Shown: positions 29,028 through 39,205, counted from the stretch's first letter. The stretch: DNA of 64,000 nucleotides from Chlamydia trachomatis (GCA_945862365.1 CAMAXK010000006.1:5146-69145); one strand, 5' to 3'. The notes: generated by a model not told the origin, from the sequence alone. Translations and numbers: made by a program.

Positions 29028-29360
29028 CTAGATGCACTCATTCACAAAATTAGTAAAAATTGCTACTACTGCAAATACAACTTTAATTAGATATGAGCCA
29101 AGGTTTTCAAGAAAATTAATTGTTTTGTCAACAAAAACGGATCTAAAAAAGGTGATCAATGCAGCAACTGGAGCAATGATTAATAAAGCTAAAGCTTCAA
29201 TGGCATGAAAGGGGATGATCACTACTGCAATAACTACTTTAATAAGATTTGATAAGATGCAATGAAGGTTGCTTGGAATTTTTTGAACAAGCTTATCGGC
29301 CATCATGTGACTTAGGGAAAGCTCTTTGTCTCCATATATTTTTGTATTTATTAAATCCAT
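29028..29360 (-). CDS. Small hypothetical membrane protein
   Basis: 110 aa with an RBS (gaggg); long bilobed hydrophobic stretch plus a C-terminal hydrophobic segment. Confidence 0.55.
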   Translation of the reverse strand: MDLINTKIYGDKELSLSHMMADKLVQKIPSNLHCILSNLIKVVIAVVIIPFHAIEALALLIIAPVAALITFFRSVFVDKTINFLENLGSYLIKVVFAVVAIFTNFVNECI

Positions 29361-29528
29361 ATTACCCTCTTTTGTAAAGATTTAAACTATACAAAATAAA
29401 GGAATTTAAAACAAAGTTTTTTTACTATTTTGTAAGAATAAACAACTGCTATTGAAATATATATGTTGACTTTTAGATTTTTTTATCTAAAAATTTTATT
29501 TTTTATTTATTAAACTGAGAAAATAAAT

Positions 29529-32500
29529 TTGCAAATACTATTTATTTTAATCTTTACACTTCCTTTGTATATTTGGACTGCATCGGGAGACTTTTTTTCC
29601 TCTAGCGAGGATCCTGTCATCAATAACCATGTGAATATGATCACAGGTAAGCTGCAGCTAAGCTTTGAAGATCATGTGGTGCAAGGGGCGGTTCCTTTAC
29701 CTTTGCGCAGAACCTATACAAATTATGGACAAACCAAAGAGTCCCATTCAAAATGGAATTTTTCTGAAGGATGGAGCTTTTTTTCTCATACACATTTGTA
29801 TTTAAATAAACCAGGGCCTTTATTTGAAGCTGAGATAGTGGAGATGAGTGGAACGAGAGTAACTTATAAAGAAAGGCTATACTATAAAGGTCGAAAAGGC
29901 ATCATGTATATGAAACCTCATAAATATGCAAAGCAAAACACAGATGCGATGAGTTATAGGGAGGATTATAGAAACAATCTACTAGAATATGACAAGAAAA
30001 GAGATAGAATTAAGCTTACACTTGCCGATGGGACGATCCGCCAGTATATTCCAAAAAAGTTGAACGTAGGAATAATTGATAAATTAAAAAGATATTTTAA
30101 AGACCACGATAAAGAATATCTTTTAGAGGTAGAACGTTCTCCATCTGGAATCTTAACTGTTTTTAAATACGATGATGATGAAACTAAACTTACGGTGTTT
30201 AAAACTTCTCGTGGGTATAAAAGAATATACTCAAGTCTTACTCTACACCAAATACATGATTATCCTAGATTTGAAATTAAAGCTTTGATCGGTGATGGAA
30301 AGGAATTTACTTATCATGGTAGAGCTTTTGCCAGAAGATGTCATTTAACAGGTGTAAATTGCAGCTTTAGGCCTGAGCAAATAAATAAATATGTAGCAAT
30401 TTTGGGTACAAAAGAAGCTTGGTTAAAAGAAATTACGACATCTGGTCGTAGGGGTTTAAGAGTTGAGTACAATTCTGCAACTGAACATAATGATCCTCAT
30501 AGACATAAGGTTCTAAGTGTTTATGATGGAGACGTTAAACTTGCTTCATATAAATACTTTAAAGAGCTTACTGAAGTAAGGGATCAGGATCAAATTCTTA
30601 CTAGGATTCATCATAAAGGTGGAATTTTGACGTTGATTGAATACTTTGATAAAGAAGATCGATTATATCGACAGGAGCGTTACCATCGTGAAAATGGCTC
30701 TTTAGTATTAAAGGAAAATATCGATGGAAATAATGAAGTGGTCGGATCAAAACGATATACGTATGATGATCATAAAAATCTTATTTGTGAAGTGATTTGC
30801 AAAGGAGAAGAAAGTTTTACCAAATGGTATCAATATAGCAAAGATCATATGCTTATTCAAGAGCGAGACGATAGTGGTTTGATAACAGAATACGAATATT
30901 TTCCTACTACAGATTTAATTACTAGTAAAAAAACGCTTAAGGATGGGGTTTTATTAGTCCATGAGCGGTTTAAATATGATAGAGATTTTTTACTCATAGA
31001 AAAAAGCTGTTTTGATGGCTATCGAACCACGTATGAAAAGTATACACGTCATGATAGAACTGGGATGATCACAGAGGTGGATAATGGCCTTACAAAAATC
31101 TACTACACCTACAACGGGGCGAATCAGATTGTAAAGGAAGAGACTGAATTTTCTACAATGACATCTGAATACGATGCAGCAGGAAGGGTGATTAAAAAGA
31201 CGTTTCCTAATGGAGGCGTTCATGAATATCTTTTTGATGAATGGGGCAATGCTGTAGAGATCAAAGAGATGGGGTCTGCTAAACGATTCATTGAGTATGA
31301 TCATTATAACCGACCGATTGTATGCACTATGAATGGAAAGGTGAGTAGAAATACTTACAATAACAAAGGACTTATCCATACAGAGACAGATCATAATGGC
31401 TCTGTTACTACCTTTACTTATGATATTTTTGGTAGATGTATAGAAAAGACAAATTCTCTTGGTGGGGTAGAGAAATTTGAATATGATATTTTGGGAAATG
31501 TTATCTCTCATATCACCCCAAATGGAGCTATTACAAAAACAGCCTATAATTTATTTAATAAGCCTAAAACAATTGTCTATCCAAATGGAGGGGCGCTTAC
31601 CAACGTGTATAATCAAGATGGTACATTAAAAGAGGTGTTTGAAAATGGCTGTTTGAAGACAAACTTTGTTTATGATGCATTGCAAAGAATGACTAAGAGG
31701 GTGACCGGTTCATTAGAGGAAGAGTGGGAATATGAAGGGGCAGTGCTCAAAAAATATAAAGATGTTAGAGGGCTTGTCACTATTTACGATTATGATGCTC
31801 ATGCTCGGAAAATAAAGGAAACCTCTGAAGATAGAGTAAAAGAGTTTTTCTATGATAAGATGGGGTTTGTCAAAGAGGTGAGGGAGGGAGATTTTTCCTC
31901 CACTTATCAGCATGATCCTGATGGTAGGTTGTTAGAATCTTCAGAAAATGGATCTAACCATGTGATAAATGAATACGATGAAGAAGGGAGAAAAATCTCT
32001 TCTAGAAAAATGACCTCAGATGGAGAGGCGTTAGATCAATTTTTCTACGATGATGAGGGAAGTATCACTTGCCATATCAACCCATTAGGTGAGGAAACGT
32101 TATTTATCTATGATCACTTGAAGCGCACCGAGGTGGATCCTTTAGGAAATAAAACAGTGACCAAGTTTGACCGATTGTACCAAGAGGTACAAAAGCAGAA
32201 ACTTTCCTCCGATGATACGGTCTTATTTTCAGAAAGGTTTTTCTACGATGCAGCAGGAAATGTGATCAAAAGGATTACCGATGAGTTTGGGATGGAGGTA
32301 GAATACTCTTACGATATCATGGGTAATTTATTGGAAGAGCTTGAATCGGGGGTAAAAAGGACTTCCTATGCCTACGATAGTAAAGGGAGACTCATTTCAA
32401 AAACATCGCCAAATGGAGTATCGCTTTATTATGAGTATGATGATTTAGATCGGAAAATTGAAGAAAAAAGCTCTGATCATACGATTTGGCATCAATATGA

Positions 32501-34598
32501 ATATTGTGGAGCAGATCTTATAGAAATTACCGATAAATTGCTGGGAAGATCGGTGAAGCGGACTTATAATAGATTTGGTGAGCTCATTTCTGAAATCAAC
32601 TTTTCAGGCTTTAAAACCTCTTGGTCTTACAACACTTTTGGAAAGGTAGAAAGGATTATCCTTCCAGATCATAGCTCTATCCACTATTGCTATGAAGGGG
32701 GTCATATGATCGCTGTTGAGCGTTATACCAAAGAGGGCAACCTTTGCTATCAGTATCTATACACAAGGTTTGACCCTAATCACCATGTGGAAGAAGAAAA
32801 GCTTCCTTTCAACCTTGGAAAAATTCACTCCAAAAGAGATCTTCTAGAACGATGCACAAACATGCAATCTCCTTACCACAACATTGAACATACCTACAAC
32901 CCTACAAGCCTTATCACCAAAAAGATCAACTCTTTAACCGGAGATAAAGATTATAACTATGATGACCTTTCTCAACTTACTGCAGAAGGGGAGGTTCAAT
33001 ATGATTTTGATGCTCTCGGTAACCCTAGAAATTGTGAGGTAAATCAGTTAAATGAGCTTATCAAAACCCCTACTGAAGAGTTTTCTTATGATGGTAATGG
33101 AAATTTAAAAAATAGATCGGAAATTGAGTATAGCTATGATGCGTTTAATCGATTAAATGCGATTGAATACGAAAATGGGAAAAAAGTTGTTTACATATAC
33201 GATCCATTTTCAAGACTTGCCACGAAAGAGACCTATTATAAAAATGTACAAATTGCTGTTAAACAGTTTCTCTATGATCAAGATTATGAAATTGGTTCTA
33301 TCAGCGCTGAAGGTGTAATAGAAGAGTTGAAAATTTTAGGTCTTGGGATTAAAGGGGATATTGGTGCGGCAGTTGCCATAGAACTCCAAGACAAAGTGTA
33401 CATACCGCTACATGATTTGCAAGGAAATGTGATTGCGCTCCTTTCACCGAAAGGGAAAATTACAGAAACCTATGCTTTTAGCGCTTTTGGAGAGGAGGAG
33501 GGGGATAACTATGAAAATCCCTGGCGATTTGCCTCTAAACGAATTGATGAGAAGTTGATCTTTTTTGGACTACGTTTTTACGACCCATCGATTAAACGAT
33601 GGATCAGCCCGGACCCCTTAGGCTTTGCCGATAGCCGTAATCCTTATCTTTACGTACTGAACAACCCTCTAAACCGCCTTGATGAGTTTGGGTTAGAGGT
33701 GGAATTCTACCTAACAACACCTCATTCTACTCAAAGAATCCCATATCACGACCCTGATCAAACAAGTAATGATGCAAGTCCATGGGAAGTGGGTGTTCAT
33801 ATGGGTATGCATCATGGATCTGCAAGCATTGATGGTACAAGAACTCAAGTTCTTCTTACTCTACCAACCTCTATGAGTTTAAAGATCACAGAAAAAGAAA
33901 GGGCACAAAAGCATTTTAATTTTTTGAGCAGATTACCAGAGCTTTTAAAGGGTGCAGACAATAAAATAGGCATAGTTACTTATCAAAATGGGATAAATAA
34001 CAGTAGAGAAGATTTTTTTGCAATGGGAAGAGCATTACAGTTAGAACACCCTCCGGGAACAATTATTATTGGACTGTATAATCCAACACAATCAGTTCCC
34101 GTAGATGTAGGCAGAACCCTCTATGAAAAAGCAAACGGCAATACAAAAGGGGTACGCGCACTTTGCGGTCTACTCATGAATCTAATCGATGTAATAGAAG
34201 TATCAGCCCCTAATACCAAAATTCAACATTACTGCCATAGCGAAGCTGGTGCCATCTACAACAGCATGTATGAAAATGCAACTGTGGATCAAAGAAAAAA
34301 AATAGATAAATATGTGAATTGCGGCGCTTTTGGACCAGCTACATGTCTATCAAAAGAAAAGGGACATACTGTAAAAAATTGGTATTCAGACAAAGATCGT
34401 ATCACAGGACCCTTTGCAAAACTTAACGATTCTCGCTATAATGTAGAAATACTTTCTTCGATCACTCCTAAGGAGGGGTGTATTGGAGGGTTTGCTGATC
34501 ACGGTTTTATCCAGCCAACCTATACAGAGGGAAGAAATAAATATATTGAACATGTTGAAAAATATAAAGGGGGATTTCATGTACCTAGTTGTCGTTAG
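29529..34598 (+). CDS. Rhs/YD-repeat protein 1 with signal peptide and alpha/beta-hydrolase-like C-terminal domain (33696-34598)
   Basis: VNMITG N-terminus; many YD repeats; core RFYDP..RWISPDPLG..NPYLYVLNNPLNRLDEFGL; C-terminal domain with QNGINN, HSEAG, SDKD, DHGF. Confidence 0.92.
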   Translation: MQILFILIFTLPLYIWTASGDFFSSSEDPVINNHVNMITGKLQLSFEDHVVQGAVPLPLRRTYTNYGQTKESHSKWNFSEGWSFFSHTHLYLNKPGPLFEAEIVEMSGTRVTYKERLYYKGRKGIMYMKPHKYAKQNTDAMSYREDYRNNLLEYDKKRDRIKLTLADGTIRQYIPKKLNVGIIDKLKRYFKDHDKEYLLEVERSPSGILTVFKYDDDETKLTVFKTSRGYKRIYSSLTLHQIHDYPRFEIKALIGDGKEFTYHGRAFARRCHLTGVNCSFRPEQINKYVAILGTKEAWLKEITTSGRRGLRVEYNSATEHNDPHRHKVLSVYDGDVKLASYKYFKELTEVRDQDQILTRIHHKGGILTLIEYFDKEDRLYRQERYHRENGSLVLKENIDGNNEVVGSKRYTYDDHKNLICEVICKGEESFTKWYQYSKDHMLIQERDDSGLITEYEYFPTTDLITSKKTLKDGVLLVHERFKYDRDFLLIEKSCFDGYRTTYEKYTRHDRTGMITEVDNGLTKIYYTYNGANQIVKEETEFSTMTSEYDAAGRVIKKTFPNGGVHEYLFDEWGNAVEIKEMGSAKRFIEYDHYNRPIVCTMNGKVSRNTYNNKGLIHTETDHNGSVTTFTYDIFGRCIEKTNSLGGVEKFEYDILGNVISHITPNGAITKTAYNLFNKPKTIVYPNGGALTNVYNQDGTLKEVFENGCLKTNFVYDALQRMTKRVTGSLEEEWEYEGAVLKKYKDVRGLVTIYDYDAHARKIKETSEDRVKEFFYDKMGFVKEVREGDFSSTYQHDPDGRLLESSENGSNHVINEYDEEGRKISSRKMTSDGEALDQFFYDDEGSITCHINPLGEETLFIYDHLKRTEVDPLGNKTVTKFDRLYQEVQKQKLSSDDTVLFSERFFYDAAGNVIKRITDEFGMEVEYSYDIMGNLLEELESGVKRTSYAYDSKGRLISKTSPNGVSLYYEYDDLDRKIEEKSSDHTIWHQYEYCGADLIEITDKLLGRSVKRTYNRFGELISEINFSGFKTSWSYNTFGKVERIILPDHSSIHYCYEGGHMIAVERYTKEGNLCYQYLYTRFDPNHHVEEEKLPFNLGKIHSKRDLLERCTNMQSPYHNIEHTYNPTSLITKKINSLTGDKDYNYDDLSQLTAEGEVQYDFDALGNPRNCEVNQLNELIKTPTEEFSYDGNGNLKNRSEIEYSYDAFNRLNAIEYENGKKVVYIYDPFSRLATKETYYKNVQIAVKQFLYDQDYEIGSISAEGVIEELKILGLGIKGDIGAAVAIELQDKVYIPLHDLQGNVIALLSPKGKITETYAFSAFGEEEGDNYENPWRFASKRIDEKLIFFGLRFYDPSIKRWISPDPLGFADSRNPYLYVLNNPLNRLDEFGLEVEFYLTTPHSTQRIPYHDPDQTSNDASPWEVGVHMGMHHGSASIDGTRTQVLLTLPTSMSLKITEKERAQKHFNFLSRLPELLKGADNKIGIVTYQNGINNSREDFFAMGRALQLEHPPGTIIIGLYNPTQSVPVDVGRTLYEKANGNTKGVRALCGLLMNLIDVIEVSAPNTKIQHYCHSEAGAIYNSMYENATVDQRKKIDKYVNCGAFGPATCLSKEKGHTVKNWYSDKDRITGPFAKLNDSRYNVEILSSITPKEGCIGGFADHGFIQPTYTEGRNKYIEHVEKYKGGFHVPSCR

Positions 34599-35730
34599 TT
34601 TAGTTTTATGGATGGGATGTTTATCTGCTGATGTAATTAAGATAGATGGTCCTAATAAAATTACCTCTGAGTGGGAGGAGAGAGCTTTGGGTATTAAATA
34701 TGGAGTGACTACCTTAGATAAAGCGGTCCATGAGATGGTGAAGGGAATGATCTCTGAAATATTTGATGAGATCTTTATCCAAAAAATTTCTGAAGCTATC
34801 AAAAAACAGCCGAATGGAGAGGGGGAATTTGTTGATTATTGGGAAAATGGGGTCTTAAAAGCAAGACTTCCTTTTAAGGATGGAAAGGCTCATGGTCATC
34901 TTCATGGTTGGTATGAAAATGGTGTTGATGCATTTAAAGGGCACTTTTGTAATGGTGTAAAGCAAGGAACGCATATTACATTTTATAAAGTGAACCCTAT
35001 GCAAACAACAAAGGAGGCTAGAATTTTTAGGTATAATGAGGAAGGTAAATTAGATGGAGAGCAAGAAAAATGCTACCGTACAGGTAGATTAATGACAGTT
35101 GTAATATACGAAAATGGATTAGCACATGGAGCACTGGAGGCTTGGGATGATAAAGAAGAGCAATATCTTTCGGTTGATTATAAAAAAGGATTTAGAAGAA
35201 GATACCCCCCTCCTGCACCTGCTCGAAGAAGAAAAATAGTTCGTCATGATTGTAGGTATGTTAATGAGGCTGTTAGGGAATTTGAAAAAGTTGCTGCAAA
35301 TGAATTTGGAGTCTTTTCTGATGGAAGCGGGGCGAGTATGCCTTTTGATGTGGATAGCATTAGTGTAAGTTTGACTATTTATAAAAAAGGTGTGATTGAG
35401 GAAGCTAGGGAATTAATCGTTAAATTGACAGAAAGATTTACAGAAATTATCAATCAAAATGAAAAACTGCGTCCTTATTTAAGGGAATATCCTTTTGCAC
35501 ACTTAAGAGCCCAAGTTAGCCTTAGTTTTTGTGATAAAAGCGGAATAACATATCAAGATGGGAGTATTGCGCATGTTACTAATAGTTCCAGTGATAGAAT
35601 TTTTTACTTAATTAATGAGCCAAACAGCTATAGGTATAAAGATGCTTATGATGAGCCTTATGCTAAAGCTCTAGAAATCGTACGTGCAAAAGATAGAGAA
35701 AGAGCCTCTCTTGAAATGATAAAGAAATAG
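34579..35730 (+). CDS. Exported MORN-repeat (YwqK-like) candidate immunity protein 1a
   Basis: ATG 34579 with aaggggg RBS overlaps the Rhs1 end; signal peptide; YWENG..FKDGKAHG..WYENG repeats; PPPAPA linker; EKLRPYLREYPF domain. Confidence 0.8.
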   Translation: MYLVVVSLVLWMGCLSADVIKIDGPNKITSEWEERALGIKYGVTTLDKAVHEMVKGMISEIFDEIFIQKISEAIKKQPNGEGEFVDYWENGVLKARLPFKDGKAHGHLHGWYENGVDAFKGHFCNGVKQGTHITFYKVNPMQTTKEARIFRYNEEGKLDGEQEKCYRTGRLMTVVIYENGLAHGALEAWDDKEEQYLSVDYKKGFRRRYPPPAPARRRKIVRHDCRYVNEAVREFEKVAANEFGVFSDGSGASMPFDVDSISVSLTIYKKGVIEEARELIVKLTERFTEIINQNEKLRPYLREYPFAHLRAQVSLSFCDKSGITYQDGSIAHVTNSSSDRIFYLINEPNSYRYKDAYDEPYAKALEIVRAKDRERASLEMIKK

Positions 35731-35740
35731 TAGGAGTTTT

Positions 35741-36889
35741 ATGAGAGCGCTTATTGCTTGTTTAGTTTTATCGATGGGGTGTTTATCTGCTGATATACTT
35801 AAGATAGATGGTCCTAATAAAATTACCTCTGAGTGGGAGGAAAAAGTTTTAGGGATAACATATGGGGTGACTACCATAGATAAGGCGGTCCATGAGATGG
35901 TGAATGGAATGATCTCTGACATATTTGATGAGGCCTTTATCAAAAAAATTTCTGAAGCTATCAAGAAACAACCAAATGGAGAGGGGGAATTTGTTGATTA
36001 TTGGGACACTGGTACCCTAAAAGCTAAACTTCCGTTTAAAGATGGAAAAGCTCACGGTCATCTTCATGGTTGGTATGAAAATGGTGTTGATGCATTTAAA
36101 GGGCACTTTTGTAATGGAGTAAAGCAAGGAACGCATATTACATTTTATAAAGTGAACCCTATGCAAATAACAAAAGAGGCTAGAATTTTAAGGTATAATG
36201 AGGATGGAAAATTAGATGGAAAGCAAACTAGGTATTATTTTACAGGTAGATTAATGACAGTTGTAATATATGAAAATGGATTAGCACATGGAGCTCTGGG
36301 CGCTTGGGATGATAAAGAAAAGCAATATCTTTCGGTTGATTATAAAAAAGGATTTAGGAGGAGATACCCCCCTCCTGCACCTGCTCGAAGAAGACAAATA
36401 GTTCGTCATGATTGTAGGTATGTTAATGAGGCTGTTAGGGAATTTGAAAAAGTTGCTGTAAATGAATTTGGAGTCTTTTCTGATGGAAGCGGGGCGAGTA
36501 TGCCGAAAGATGTGGAAAGCATTAGTGTAAGTATGACTATTTATAAAAAAGGTGTGATTGAGGAAGCTAGGGAATTAATTGTAAGATTAAGAGAAAGATT
36601 TCTAGAAATTATCAATAAAAATGAAAAGCTGCGTCCTTACTTAAGAGAATATCCCTTTACACACATAAGAACCCAAGTGAGTCTTGGTTTTTGTGATACC
36701 AATGGAATGACATATCAAGATGGAAGTATTGCACATGTTAGTAGTGGTGCTAATAAAATTGCATATTCCATTAGTGAACCAAACAGCTTTAGTTATACAA
36801 ATGTTGCTAGAGAACCCTATGATACAGCTGTAGAAATCGTACGTGCAAAAGATAGGGAAAGAGCCTCTCTTGAGAAATTGAAAGAGTGA
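35741..36889 (+). CDS. Exported MORN-repeat candidate immunity protein 1b (tandem paralog)
   Basis: Near-identical to 1a over long stretches; aggag RBS. Confidence 0.8.
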   Translation: MRALIACLVLSMGCLSADILKIDGPNKITSEWEEKVLGITYGVTTIDKAVHEMVNGMISDIFDEAFIKKISEAIKKQPNGEGEFVDYWDTGTLKAKLPFKDGKAHGHLHGWYENGVDAFKGHFCNGVKQGTHITFYKVNPMQITKEARILRYNEDGKLDGKQTRYYFTGRLMTVVIYENGLAHGALGAWDDKEKQYLSVDYKKGFRRRYPPPAPARRRQIVRHDCRYVNEAVREFEKVAVNEFGVFSDGSGASMPKDVESISVSMTIYKKGVIEEARELIVRLRERFLEIINKNEKLRPYLREYPFTHIRTQVSLGFCDTNGMTYQDGSIAHVSSGANKIAYSISEPNSFSYTNVAREPYDTAVEIVRAKDRERASLEKLKE

Positions 36890-36929
36890 TAAACTCAATT
36901 TATCTAAGGTGAATCAAAATACATATGTT

Positions 36930-36976
36930 ACCACCCGGGGCAAAGCTTGCTAGAGAGCACAAAGAACACAGAGAAA
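36930..36976 (+). repeat. Left-half remnant of the palindromic element
   Basis: accacccggggcaaagcttgctagagagcacaaagaacacagagaaa matches 875-922 and 1133-1180. Confidence 0.8.
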
Positions 36977-37053
36977 GGCAAAAACCATAGCACAACCCTT
37001 ACAATTTAAAGTGTGTTACATTTAGACTATAACAGATACGAAAAGGAAAAAAA

Positions 37054-37809
37054 TTATAAAATTTCTCCGATGAGAAATTTTGTGAAAAAATAGGTCGCAA
37101 AGGTGGCTAAGAAAGTTAAGCTTATTCCTTTGATGGTATTTTCTAAAACTTCGATTTTTTCTATTTTTGCCATTAAATAGGAGGCTGCAGCTGTAATGAT
37201 AAACGTTGTCATAAATAGCCCATATTCATCTGAGATAAAAAGTCCGAGGGGGATGGAAAGGGCGGTAAGTATTACGCCGCAGGCTGCACCGAGTGCTTGT
37301 TTTAAGGGATGAACGTAAGATTCCATTGGAATTCCAAGCTCTTCTTCAAGCATCACAGCAAGCAGTTTATTATCATCTGCCATCATCACATCGATGATTT
37401 TTGTAAGCAAAGGTTCGGTAAAACCTTTTGCTCGATACATATCAGTCAGCTCTTCTCTTTCTTCGTTTCGGTTTGTGCTTATTTCATTTTTTTCTTCAAG
37501 TACTAGTGCATTGATCCTCTCTAGTCTTGACCAGGCAAGGTGAAATGATCTACCCACTTTCCATAAAAAAATTCCAGACATATAGACAGTCAGAAGGATG
37601 AAAATTTTGTCTGTGGGTATTGCAAGCATAAATGCGATCATATGAATCAATAGAGTTGATACAGCAGTATCTTTTGCACTATCGGCACCTGCTGAAATAT
37701 GACCTGGAACTTCCACTGCGTGAAATTCAGAGCTTGCTTTACTTCCTTTATTGCGTGCCATTTTTATATGCTCAATAACACCTTCTTTATAATGTGTATT
37801 TTTTGACAC
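37054..37809 (-). CDS. VIT1/CCC1 family membrane protein (CT728-like)
   Basis: EEREELTDMYRAKGF...VMMADDNKLLAVMLEEELG; several TM segments; adjacent to serS. Confidence 0.8.
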   Translation of the reverse strand: MSKNTHYKEGVIEHIKMARNKGSKASSEFHAVEVPGHISAGADSAKDTAVSTLLIHMIAFMLAIPTDKIFILLTVYMSGIFLWKVGRSFHLAWSRLERINALVLEEKNEISTNRNEEREELTDMYRAKGFTEPLLTKIIDVMMADDNKLLAVMLEEELGIPMESYVHPLKQALGAACGVILTALSIPLGLFISDEYGLFMTTFIITAAASYLMAKIEKIEVLENTIKGISLTFLATFATYFFTKFLIGEIL

Positions 37810-37821
37810 GACTTTTTCCTT

Positions 37822-39081
37822 TTATAAGTATTTTTTCAAAGCTTCAGGAATGTTAAATGTTCCATCTGCATTTTGATTGTTCTCAAGTAGCGCAACCATT
37901 AAGCGAGCAGTAGCAGTTCCTGATCCATTAAGCGTATGAACAAATGTATTTTTTCCAGAAGCTTTATCAAAGTAACGGATTTTTGAGCGTCTTGCCTGAT
38001 AATCTGTACAATTTGAAACAGAGGATACTTCATAATAACGCTCTTGTCCTGGAAGATAGACTTCAATATCTACCGTTTTAGATGCGCAAAAAGACATATC
38101 GCCAGTAACAAGTAACATATTTCGATAGTGAAGATTTAATTTTTGTAAAACTTCTTCAGCAGAGGCCATAATTGCATCAAACATTTGATCACTTTGCTCA
38201 GGAGTTGTGAAGGCAAAAAGTTCTACTTTATTAAATTGGTGAATTCGAATTAAGCCACGCTCATTTTTCCCATGAGCACCAGCTTCCCTTCTAAAACAAG
38301 GTGTATAAGACATTAGTTTTTTAGGAAGCTCTTCCTCATTCATTATTTCATCCATATACAAACCATTTAAAGCCACCTCAGCGGTAGGAATGAGGTAATG
38401 ATTAAAATCTTTGTCATGAATACGAAACGCTTGTTCGGCAAATTTTGGGAGCTGCCCAGAGCTATACATCGTTGATGCATTCACCATGTGAGGAACCATG
38501 CGCATTTCAAAACCATTTTTCTTATGAGTGTCAATCATTAAATTGATTAATGCCCACTCAATTTGAGCTCCAAGTCCTGTATATACTGGAAAACCTGAAC
38601 CAGAAATTTTTGCACCTCTAGCTAAGTCAAAAATTTTATTTTGCTCGCCAAGTTGTAAATGGTTTTTAACAGGAAAGTCAAAAATTCTCTTTTCGCCTAC
38701 TGTTTTGATACAAACATTATCTGCTGGATCTAAAGATACTTTAATACGGCTATCAGGAACATTAGGGAGAGCATCAAGCCTTTTTTCATACTCAAGTTTT
38801 TGATCGTTTGAAAGAGCTTGGAGATCTTTAATTTCTACTTTTAAAGATCCGACACTATCAATGATTTTAGAGGTATCTTCCTTTTTTTGTTTCTTTTCTC
38901 CAATTTCCTTAGAAAGGGTGTTGAGTTTTTCTTTTAAGCCTTCAAGTTTTAGTAAGTTTTCAGCAAAAGTTTCATAGCTATCAATCAACTCTTTAAGGGA
39001 AATGGCAGGATCTTTTGTTTTTAGAAGTTTTTCAATAGTAGCTGGGTCTTGTAGTATTTTTTTGATTGATAACATAATCAC
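37822..39081 (-). CDS. serS: Serine--tRNA ligase
   Basis: LIPTAEV, FRREAG, RIHQFNKVE, EVSSVSNCTDYQARR, HTLNGSG. Confidence 0.98.
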   Translation of the reverse strand: MIMLSIKKILQDPATIEKLLKTKDPAISLKELIDSYETFAENLLKLEGLKEKLNTLSKEIGEKKQKKEDTSKIIDSVGSLKVEIKDLQALSNDQKLEYEKRLDALPNVPDSRIKVSLDPADNVCIKTVGEKRIFDFPVKNHLQLGEQNKIFDLARGAKISGSGFPVYTGLGAQIEWALINLMIDTHKKNGFEMRMVPHMVNASTMYSSGQLPKFAEQAFRIHDKDFNHYLIPTAEVALNGLYMDEIMNEEELPKKLMSYTPCFRREAGAHGKNERGLIRIHQFNKVELFAFTTPEQSDQMFDAIMASAEEVLQKLNLHYRNMLLVTGDMSFCASKTVDIEVYLPGQERYYEVSSVSNCTDYQARRSKIRYFDKASGKNTFVHTLNGSGTATARLMVALLENNQNADGTFNIPEALKKYL

Positions 39082-39141
39082 ATCCTTTATATTTTAGTAT
39101 AGGATAAAGAGTTTTGCATTAATCCTCAATAAAAAAGGAAG

Positions 39142-39170
39142 TTGTATTTTCCGTTTATCTGTGATAAACT
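39142..39170 (+). promoter_or_regulatory. Possible sigma66 promoter for the UPF0158 gene
   Basis: TTGTAT-N17-TAAACT, 35 bp upstream of the ATG. Confidence 0.4.
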
Positions 39171-39205
39171 CTAACTAAAAGTGAATTTTCGAATAAAAGG
39201 AATGT

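Noticed and set aside
29461-29495. Sigma66 promoters upstream of the Rhs genes (TTGACT at 29466, TTGACA at 48363)
   Set aside because: The -10 matches are weak or mis-spaced in very AT-rich DNA, so they cannot be supported
34483-34578. ORF-track upstream starts of the first immunity genes (34483 and 53372)
   Set aside because: Paralog alignment, RBS and signal peptide position favour ATG 34579 and ATG 53420
29529-34598. Rhs proteins as T6SS effectors
   Set aside because: No PAAR, VgrG or Eag chaperone sequence was recognised, and the N-termini look like Sec signal peptides
34579-36889. Diversity-generating retroelement as the cause of the near-identical paralogs
   Set aside because: No reverse transcriptase in the window, both copies are full ORFs, and differences are not confined to adenines
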